From a virus (lineage: Duplodnaviria; Caudoviricetes): a stretch of DNA of 50,393 nucleotides. Position numbers and translations under genes: made by a program. Below, piece by piece: positions 10,103-17,180 of the stretch. Below the pieces are notes generated by a model. The model saw nothing but the letters and a program-made list of their open reading frames with translations. It made no database searches and was not told where the DNA came from. Numbering within the stretch: the first letter of the stretch is position 1; each line of letters begins with the position of its first letter. The stretch spans positions 1 through 50,393 of IMG/VR virus record IMGVR_UViG_3300024283_000062, one strand, 5' to 3'.

Positions 10103-10135
10103 GGCGCCGTCAAGGGTCACCCCTTTGACGGCGCC
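10103..10135. terminator. Strong hairpin after the small peptide, possibly bidirectional
   Basis: GGCGCCGTCAA-GGGTCACCCCT-TTGACGGCGCC inverted repeat. Confidence 0.55.
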
Positions 10136-10150
10136 TTCCCCCGGATCTAA

Positions 10151-10297
10151 GTGCCGTCTCTCCGGCTGTCACCCCCGCTCGTCTACTGGAATTGGGGTCC
10201 ATCCTGATTAACCGACGAGTGGCCGGGGCGGCTCCTGCCAGATATTGCGTCCCCGTTCGATCGGTGTTTGCGTCCTTCCTAGACGTAGCCTCTGGCA
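10151..10297 (-). ncRNA. Candidate structured RNA
   Basis: Nested stems on the minus strand: TGCCAGA/TCTGGCA enclosing two small hairpins, CTCGTC/GACGAG, and GCCG-GAGAGA-CGGC. No convincing CDS. Confidence 0.35.
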
Positions 10298-10314
10298 TCG
10301 AAGATGACCTCACA

Positions 10315-10363
10315 CTACTCCGGCGGCTTACGCCCCGCCAGCAGCAGGGCCAGCACCGCGGTC
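10315..10363 (-). repeat. Orphan duplicate of the holin-like gene 3' end (copy of 10574-10622)
   Basis: Both copies encode TAVLALLLAGRKPPE-stop and differ only synonymously. Confidence 0.85.
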
Positions 10364-10383
10364 CAAGAACTGAGGGACTGTCC

Positions 10384-10656
10384 ATGAGCCAGTGGGTGCC
10401 TCACATGATCGCCGCCGCATTCATCTTCGGCGTGGTCGTCGGCTCGTTCCTGAGCTGGGGCGCCGATCGCGTTGAGCTTGCGGCCTACCGGCGCATCAGC
10501 CGCCGGGCATCCGAGAAGGCGGACGAGATCGATGCTCTGCTGGCCGAAGTCCACGAGATCCAGGCGCGGAGCGTCATTCCGGCGGCTTACGCCCCGCCAG
10601 CAATAGGGCCAGCACCGCGGTCAGGGTCTCCGCGAAGATCTCGCGGATCTGGGTGA
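10384..10656 (+). CDS. Small single-TM membrane protein (moron-like)
   Basis: GAGGG RBS. MSQWVPHMIAAAFIFGVVVGSFLSWG hydrophobic helix followed by a short coiled coil. Overlaps the holin 3' end convergently. Confidence 0.5.
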   Translation: MSQWVPHMIAAAFIFGVVVGSFLSWGADRVELAAYRRISRRASEKADEIDALLAEVHEIQARSVIPAAYAPPAIGPAPRSGSPRRSRGSG

Positions 10657-10828
10657 CGATCCCCGCCTCGACGCAGGCGCCAACCTGGGAATGCCCAGCA
10701 ACCACCAAGTAAATACACGCCCCCACCGCAGCCAGTGTCTCGGTGAGCTGGATCAGCACCATCGTCGCCAGCAGGACAAACGCCCAGCGCAGGATGTCGA
10801 ACGGGGGCCGGCGACGGCGAGGTGGCAT
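10574..10828 (-). CDS. Putative holin / lysis membrane protein
   Basis: 84 aa with a basic N-terminus and hydrophobic segments, directly after the amidase. Confidence 0.5.
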   Translation of the reverse strand: MPPRRRRPPFDILRWAFVLLATMVLIQLTETLAAVGACIYLVVAGHSQVGACVEAGIVTQIREIFAETLTAVLALLLAGRKPPE

Positions 10829-10837
10829 GGACGCTGC

Positions 10838-11227
10838 TCACGCGGTCACCCCGCCGGCTATTTCGATGATGCAGTATCTGTCGGCATCGTCCGCCGCCGG
10901 CCCCTTGCCACCACGGGACCGGATGATGCGGCGCGAGACCGGGTGCAATTTCCACTGATCCAGCACGCTGAGGCCGCCGCGCTCGTCTACCTCGACCAAG
11001 ATCGCGGCGTGACTACTGCCGTCGATCGCATTGGCGTAGCGTCCCTGGTCGTTGAATGTGGCGATCGCGGTGCCGGCGGGTAGCCACGCGCATTGCCACA
11101 CCGGTTGACCCTCAATCCACTCGCTGGTAGGCGGCGCGTCCGCCGCCGCGCGGACATAAGCGACGCAATGGCCGTCCCCAACCACTAGCCCCACATATGC
11201 CTCCGGTCGCGCAGCGACGAACGGCAC
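10838..11227 (-). CDS. BPSL0067-family (Tae2-like, papain/NlpC-P60 fold) amidase, putative endolysin
   Basis: VGDGHCVAYVR catalytic Cys, GTAIATF, HAAI catalytic His and VLDQW motifs. Confidence 0.75.
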   Translation of the reverse strand: MPFVAARPEAYVGLVVGDGHCVAYVRAAADAPPTSEWIEGQPVWQCAWLPAGTAIATFNDQGRYANAIDGSSHAAILVEVDERGGLSVLDQWKLHPVSRRIIRSRGGKGPAADDADRYCIIEIAGGVTA

Positions 11228-11235
11228 GGCATCAG

Positions 11236-11772
11236 TTACTTCGGCTGCGCAGTCGGCGGCTTGGGCAGGCCGTGCGAGGGATGCAAAGTCGGATCAACGG
11301 CGATGTAGCGCCAGCCGACGCCGGGTATCCCTGCGACGACGTAATAAACCTGCGGCTTGGGCAGACCCTGGTCAGGTCTCACCGGGCCGCCGGGTAGCGT
11401 GTTGTCGACCCCAGGTGGTGCGCCTGGCAGACCCTGATCAGGATGACCGGGCGAACCAGGCAGACCCTGGTCAGGACGCTCGCTGCCGACGCCATAGCCG
11501 GGATCGACCGGCCACACGGGCGGCCAGATGGTGCCAGGCGGCGTGCCCGGGGGAGCCGGTTGTATCGGATGGCTCGGGGTCAGCGGCGGCCATACCCCGG
11601 CTGGCGGCTTCGGCAGGCCATTGTCTGGTCCCAGTCCGAGTGGCGGCAGGCCCTGGTCGGGATGCTCGCTACCAATCCCATAATCGGGGTCGACCGGACC
11701 CTCGCCGCCGGGCAGCCCCTGATCCGGGTGGCCGCCCCTGCGAACACGTAGAAAACCCTGAACAAACGGCAT
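11236..11772 (-). CDS. Proline-rich protein with PDQGLP repeats
   Basis: 178 aa with a strong AAGGAG RBS and repeated (H/R)PDQGLP and PVDPxYG units. Confidence 0.75.
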   Translation of the reverse strand: MPFVQGFLRVRRGGHPDQGLPGGEGPVDPDYGIGSEHPDQGLPPLGLGPDNGLPKPPAGVWPPLTPSHPIQPAPPGTPPGTIWPPVWPVDPGYGVGSERPDQGLPGSPGHPDQGLPGAPPGVDNTLPGGPVRPDQGLPKPQVYYVVAGIPGVGWRYIAVDPTLHPSHGLPKPPTAQPK

Positions 11773-11874
11773 GTGTCGCTCCTTGTCGTTCGTGTGTTGT
11801 GTGTCGGCACGTGTCCTGTGGCTACACTTGTTGTGTCACGTCGTCACGCGATATTCGCGTGACGAGACTACACG

Positions 11875-14223
11875 TTACGGCGTCGGCATACCCTGGCTGC
11901 GTCCCGGCACCCGGGCGGGACCGCCGGTCCCCGGGCGGTTGCCGTTGGCGCCGTAGACCTGCAGCGGCGGCACGTGCGGCCCCAGAGGACCCTGGGTGCC
12001 CGGACCGGTCATCGCGTTGGCCATGCCGACCGGTCCCTGCGCGGTGGGGTCCTGACCAGGACCCGGGGGTCTGGGTGGTCCTCGGCCGGCACCGGTTGGT
12101 CCCGCGTCCTCTTCCTGCCCCTGGCCTTGTCCCGGCGCCCCTGGCGGGGCCTGGGGACGCCCCATCAGCTGGTTCAGCGCCTCGATGCTGGGGGTGCCCT
12201 CGGCGAACGCCTGGGTCAGATCCACATCATCACCCATGCGACGGATCAGCTGCCGCGCCAGCCACTCCGGCGAGATGCCGGGAATGCGCTGCAGCAGAGG
12301 CACCAGCTGGGTGAGGATCTGGACGTCCTCCTGGCGGTTGGGCGGGCCATTGGCGCCAACGTCCACTTCGAGCCAGACGTTGTCCGCCACCGACTGCGGG
12401 TCGAGCGCGGGCCACACCGCGCCTGGTCCCACCACCTTGGTCACGGTCTGCGGCGAGACATTCAGCACCAGGATCTGCGAGGCGGCCTGCGCCAGCTCGG
12501 TCATCGTGTCGTTGATGTCGTCGACCGTGGAGGTGACGTCGGTGTTCTGCGAGAACTGCGCCACCGACACCTCGGTCGCCGTGGCGTTGCCCGATGTGGT
12601 CCCCTGGTCCGCCTGGTCTGAGCCAAGGACGCGCAGGACGTCCTCGAACACCGGCGCGGTGTCATACACCGCGGCGTCGATCGGCGGCATCTTGATGACC
12701 TGCAAGACGTCGTCGATCTTCTGGCCGGGGGCCAAGGCGTTGAGTTCGAGCAGCGCGTTCGCCGGGTGGGTGCGCAGCTTCTCCAGATCCGGTTCTTCGA
12801 GCAGGCCCGCCGCCACCGCGGTCTTCGGCCGGTTGGCCCGGCGATGCTCGCGCAGCCCCTGGCGGGACCGGTTGAGTTCCAGCTGCATGTCGCGGATCAG
12901 GTCGATGTCAGACTGGGGATACAGGGTCTTTTCGTCGTAGCCCTCGTTCAGCACGATGGCGAACCAGGGCCAGAACCGGGTGATCTCGGCTTCCGGCGTG
13001 GTCGGCTCCTGCAGAAACTCGGGATAACCGTCGCACACGACATACACCGTGCCGTCCTTGCGGTTGTAGATCTCCCAGACGCAGCTGAGCGGCATGTCGG
13101 GACCGTCGTCGGCGTTGCTGCCGTAGCCGGCCTGATAGTGCTGCTCGCCGGTCGGCTCGTGGCCGGTCGAATTGCCGTCCTCGTTGTAGGCGGTGTAACT
13201 GCTGCCGACGTCGACCATGTAGATCTCTTCGATCTCGTCGGGGGTCAGCAGGTATTCCTGCGCCACCCAGTTGGCGCCCAGGAAGCCCCGCAGGGATCGA
13301 CACTTCGGGTCCGGGATGATCGCCGTGCTGTCCGGGTAGTCGAACGACAGGCCCTCGCGCACCACCAGCTGGCCCTCGGCGGTGAGGCTGCGGATCGCCA
13401 GTTTCAGCTCCTCGGCGTCGGCGCTGTCCGGCTCGATCTCGCGGTCCGACAAATCCGCGGCGAGACGCTCGATATGGGCCAGGCGCTCGCTCATGTCGGC
13501 GATGCGATGCTCGATCTCGGGCGCCATCTTCATCGCCCGCTGAAACCCCAGCTTGACGTAGCCGACCCCGGTCACGATCGACCGGCGTATCGACATTTTC
13601 ATGGACGCCTTGAACGAGTGCGTCTGTTCCTGGATGTTGTATTCGTAAAGCAGCTCCAGGGTCTTGCCGATCTTCTGCATGATCGCGTCGAACTGCTTGA
13701 CCTGCGCCGCGTCCTGCAGGATCGCCATGCTGTTCGGATCAGGCGGCATGCCGACCTGCGCCGCCGCCATGGCGGACTGCTGCGCCTGCTGGAGCTGCTG
13801 TTCGCTGCCGTCCCAGACCTGCGCGATCAGCTTGGTCTTGGTCTTCGCCTGCATGGTCGGGTTGTTGGGGTAGAGTTCCGCGGTGCGCTGCAGCACGTGA
13901 CGGATGCAGATATTGGCGACATAGCGATCATCGCGCTTGCCGATCTCCTTGGAGAGATCAGGCCACTGGCGGCCTTCGACGAACTCCATGTTCTCGCGCA
14001 TGCGCTTGAACTGCACGCGCCAGTGCCGCTTGGCGCGTTTGACCCGGTCCTGCCAGCGGTTGACGAGTTTACGCCGCGGATCATCCGGGTTGGGCCGGTC
14101 GCGCGGAACCATGGTAGCCTGGTCCGTGCCGGGGACCTGGCTCATCATGGGGTCTGGTCCCGGCGGTGGTCCCATCATCCCCGGTGGTCCCACACCAGGA
14201 TCTGGTCCCATGAAACCACTCAT
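11875..14223 (-). CDS. Portal protein
   Basis: ~782 aa from the ATG at 14223 (ATGA overlap). MEFVEGRQW and ATATEV motifs of P22/T7-like portals. Confidence 0.85.
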   Translation of the reverse strand: MSGFMGPDPGVGPPGMMGPPPGPDPMMSQVPGTDQATMVPRDRPNPDDPRRKLVNRWQDRVKRAKRHWRVQFKRMRENMEFVEGRQWPDLSKEIGKRDDRYVANICIRHVLQRTAELYPNNPTMQAKTKTKLIAQVWDGSEQQLQQAQQSAMAAAQVGMPPDPNSMAILQDAAQVKQFDAIMQKIGKTLELLYEYNIQEQTHSFKASMKMSIRRSIVTGVGYVKLGFQRAMKMAPEIEHRIADMSERLAHIERLAADLSDREIEPDSADAEELKLAIRSLTAEGQLVVREGLSFDYPDSTAIIPDPKCRSLRGFLGANWVAQEYLLTPDEIEEIYMVDVGSSYTAYNEDGNSTGHEPTGEQHYQAGYGSNADDGPDMPLSCVWEIYNRKDGTVYVVCDGYPEFLQEPTTPEAEITRFWPWFAIVLNEGYDEKTLYPQSDIDLIRDMQLELNRSRQGLREHRRANRPKTAVAAGLLEEPDLEKLRTHPANALLELNALAPGQKIDDVLQVIKMPPIDAAVYDTAPVFEDVLRVLGSDQADQGTTSGNATATEVSVAQFSQNTDVTSTVDDINDTMTELAQAASQILVLNVSPQTVTKVVGPGAVWPALDPQSVADNVWLEVDVGANGPPNRQEDVQILTQLVPLLQRIPGISPEWLARQLIRRMGDDVDLTQAFAEGTPSIEALNQLMGRPQAPPGAPGQGQGQEEDAGPTGAGRGPPRPPGPGQDPTAQGPVGMANAMTGPGTQGPLGPHVPPLQVYGANGNRPGTGGPARVPGRSQGMPTP

Positions 14224-14468
14224 CGGGCAGGGGTCCTGAGAACCCCGCCACCGACCGCGGCGCACACGTAGAGGTCATACAGGAACCAGATCAAGGCGAC
14301 GATCACGATCACCATGACGATGATACGGATCACCCGCATCACCAGGTCGCCGGCGACCCCCAGCCAGCCCAGCACGATGGGCAGCAGGAGCATCAGGATC
14401 GCCACAAGGCCGCAGACGACCACCAGCCAAACGAGTGTTTGCACCAGCCAGAGGACCGAAAAGCACAT
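14220..14468 (-). CDS. Small two-TM membrane protein
   Basis: 82 aa, almost wholly hydrophobic, translationally coupled to both neighbours. Confidence 0.7.
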   Translation of the reverse strand: MCFSVLWLVQTLVWLVVVCGLVAILMLLLPIVLGWLGVAGDLVMRVIRIIVMVIVIVALIWFLYDLYVCAAVGGGVLRTPAR

Positions 14469-15058
14469 TATGAAGTCAGTCCTGCGGTTGCCGGGAGCTG
14501 CGGGACCACCGGAGATGGCGCCGGGGCATAAGGCACGCCACCTGGCGCCGGGGACGGCAACGGCTGGCGCGGCTGAGCCTGACGATTTTGGATCGCGTCC
14601 ATCATCGTGTTCACGTCAGGGCCTCGGTTCTGATCCACACCGACAAGGCGCTGAGACCATGCCCCAGGGAGCGTGTTTTTGAACTGATCATTCAGCTGAC
14701 CAAACTGTTTGATCATACCGACCCACTGATCGTAAGCCTTATCCCGTTCAGGCGAGCCTAAAGGCAGCTGCTTCATCTGCTGTTCAGCCATGTCGATCTG
14801 GTTTTTAAGCTGCTGTTTTTGCGCAAACACGGCGTCCAGCGCCTGGTCTTCCTCGCTCTGCGGCCGGGGACCAGGTGCGACATCCAAATCTTCCAGATAC
14901 CGCGGGCTGTCCGGCATTGTGTCTCGCGGCACCCGCGAGCCGAGTGCGCCCTGGGCCAGGACATACTGCTGCATCGGGTCCGGTGTGGGCTGCGACGGCG
15001 GTTGGGTCCCCGCCAGGCGACCGCGCACATACGTCTGCATATCCTGTTGATCGGGCAT
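14468..15058 (-). CDS. Hypothetical Gln/Pro-rich protein
   Basis: TGATG coupling to terL and TAATG coupling to the next gene. Confidence 0.65.
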   Translation of the reverse strand: MPDQQDMQTYVRGRLAGTQPPSQPTPDPMQQYVLAQGALGSRVPRDTMPDSPRYLEDLDVAPGPRPQSEEDQALDAVFAQKQQLKNQIDMAEQQMKQLPLGSPERDKAYDQWVGMIKQFGQLNDQFKNTLPGAWSQRLVGVDQNRGPDVNTMMDAIQNRQAQPRQPLPSPAPGGVPYAPAPSPVVPQLPATAGLTS

Positions 15059-16650
15059 CACCACCCTCCCCCGGCATAGCCGAGTTTCACGCTGCGCTCG
15101 GCCTGGTCCCGCTGCAGCTTGAGCCAGCCAAACGTGCGTTCCTCGTGAGCGCCGCGATAACCGCCGTCCGGGTCATCGTCCTTGCGAAGGGCACCAGCCG
15201 GCACCTGCAGCGTGAGACCCAGGCCGATATAGGCAAGTGTATCTACGAAGTCGTCGTGCGCGTCGTACGGGAACTTCAGCATCTGGTCCCGTGCCGCCGG
15301 CCACCAGGGCGCGCGTTCCGGGAAGCGCACACGGTTCATCGCGAGGCGCCCCTGAATGGACTGCGCGCGGGTCTGTTTGTCCGCGATCGGCTGCATCTCA
15401 ATCAGCGAGCAGAACGTGTGGGTCTCCAGCATGCGCTTGCGGAGGAAAGGCCCAATGGATTTGGAGATGTGAGATCGTTCCGCCCACCAAAAGAGGGGCT
15501 TATGCAGCTTCATCATGCGCAGCATGCTCTCGACCGTCTGTTCGGCGGTCATCTGCCGCCACACCAGGTCAGGCAGCACCCAGATCGTATCATCCTTGTC
15601 GACGCCAATGACGAGAAGACAGGTCTTGTCGCTGCCTTGTTTCAGCGCCACCGCGTGGTCTGAGGCCGCGTAACAACGAAGGTTCGAGGGCAGGTCATTG
15701 GGTTTGTAAGTATGCAGCCAGTCGACCGAGAAGAACGTGCCGCCGGCCGGCGAAGGGCGGCCCTGGTACAAGGCGCTGAAACCCCGGTGGTCCCGACGCT
15801 GCAGCGATTTGAGATACGTGGTCCCGAACCGACCGGGCCAGAGCGGTTCATCGGTGCGCCGGTGCAGCGGGTCCTTACCGTCATCGAACGCCAGCGCCGG
15901 CAGGTCGATGATATGCCACTCGGCGGCCTCTTCCGGGTCATAATAGGAGTTATGCGGGTCGGTGAGGCGCCCGATCAGATCGTCCTGGTGCCAGCGGGTC
16001 TGGATTAGGAGGATCTTGCCGGTCTCGTCCATGAGCCGGGTGGCGATGACCTGGGAAAACCAGGTCCAGAGCGTATCGCGGATCGTGGGAGAGTCCGCCT
16101 CCATGCGGTCCTTGATCGGATCATCGATGCATAGGAGATCGCCGCCGCGACCGGTGGTGGTCCCGCCGCGGCCGACGAAGGCCATAATGCCCCCCGCGGT
16201 GGTCTCCAGCCGGTCGCTGGCCTGGCTGTCGTCCTTCAGGACGGTCTCCGGGAACACCTGGGCGTAGGCCGGCGACAGCATGATGTCGCGCACCGCCCGG
16301 CCGATGTCCTGCGAGAACTTCTCGTTGTAGGTGCCAAAGATCGTGCTGAGTTCAGGGTGCAGGCCGACGAACCAGGCGATGAACATCTTGCTGGCGAGCT
16401 GGGTCTTACCGTGGCGCGGCGGCAGGTTGATGATCAGACGGCGCATGCGGCCGGCGGCGAGTTCCTCCAGGGCGGCGCAGATGACTTCGTGGAACCGCTG
16501 CACCTCGTAGCGCGAGTGGTCCGGATCATCGGGGAAACGCGGCGAGGGCATCATCAGACGGGTAAACGCCAGCATCGACGTGGTCGCGTCGATGATCGCG
16601 ATCAGCCGCTTGAGGACCAGTTCGTAACGCTGGAGGTCCGCCGCGAGCAT
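15058..16650 (-). CDS. terL: Terminase large subunit
   Basis: Walker A LPPRHGKT, Walker B LLCIDDP, IQTRWHQDDL, ALYQGRP and nuclease HDDFVD motifs. Confidence 0.95.
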   Translation of the reverse strand: MLAADLQRYELVLKRLIAIIDATTSMLAFTRLMMPSPRFPDDPDHSRYEVQRFHEVICAALEELAAGRMRRLIINLPPRHGKTQLASKMFIAWFVGLHPELSTIFGTYNEKFSQDIGRAVRDIMLSPAYAQVFPETVLKDDSQASDRLETTAGGIMAFVGRGGTTTGRGGDLLCIDDPIKDRMEADSPTIRDTLWTWFSQVIATRLMDETGKILLIQTRWHQDDLIGRLTDPHNSYYDPEEAAEWHIIDLPALAFDDGKDPLHRRTDEPLWPGRFGTTYLKSLQRRDHRGFSALYQGRPSPAGGTFFSVDWLHTYKPNDLPSNLRCYAASDHAVALKQGSDKTCLLVIGVDKDDTIWVLPDLVWRQMTAEQTVESMLRMMKLHKPLFWWAERSHISKSIGPFLRKRMLETHTFCSLIEMQPIADKQTRAQSIQGRLAMNRVRFPERAPWWPAARDQMLKFPYDAHDDFVDTLAYIGLGLTLQVPAGALRKDDDPDGGYRGAHEERTFGWLKLQRDQAERSVKLGYAGGGW

Positions 16651-16651
16651 A

Positions 16652-17176
16652 TCAGGTATAGATCGGCGGCGTGCCGCCGGCCGCGATCCAGTCGCGATAC
16701 CGCTGTTTCTGCACCCGCAGGACGCCGATCCCAGCCGGGCGTGGCACCTGGCCCTGGGTGAGCGAGGCCCCAGTCGCGGCGGTGAAGTGGCAGAGCGACG
16801 AAATATCCGTGCCAGCCACCGGGGCGCCGGCGTAGCCGATGCTCGCCGTCAGGCCGGTTCGGACCGTGGTGATGGTGAGACCCGCCGTGGTGGCGTTCCA
16901 GGTGCAGCGCACCACGGTGGCGCCACCCAGCATGCCCGCAATGGCGGCCGCCACCAGCGGCATGGTGTTCAGCCCGCTGAACGTGGTCGACACGCCCTGC
17001 ACGACAGCACCGTTGATGCTGATCGCCATCGAGCCGTTGAGGATCGCGGTGATCGTCGTCAGGAACGCGGCCTGATCGGTGATGGCACCGCCGATCAGGC
17101 TTGCCGGGGTCATGTCCACGAGCGGCTCCGGCGCGGCATCGAGGGTCTCGACAGGTGCGGTTTTGGTTTTGGCCAT
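16652..17176 (-). CDS. Hypothetical virion-associated protein
   Basis: GGAG RBS, Ala/Thr/Gly-rich, follows the tail spikes. Confidence 0.6.
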   Translation of the reverse strand: MAKTKTAPVETLDAAPEPLVDMTPASLIGGAITDQAAFLTTITAILNGSMAISINGAVVQGVSTTFSGLNTMPLVAAAIAGMLGGATVVRCTWNATTAGLTITTVRTGLTASIGYAGAPVAGTDISSLCHFTAATGASLTQGQVPRPAGIGVLRVQKQRYRDWIAAGGTPPIYT

Positions 17177-17180
17177 GTGT

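Noticed and set aside
10243-10280. c-di-GMP-I riboswitch (GCAAAC...GGGACGCAA on the minus strand)
   Set aside because: Only partial resemblance. It lacks the GNRA loop and the second stem with tetraloop receptor, so it is kept only as an unnamed RNA candidate.
10315-10622. Diversity-generating retroelement TR/VR pair
   Set aside because: No reverse transcriptase in the genome, and the differences are synonymous and not adenine-specific.
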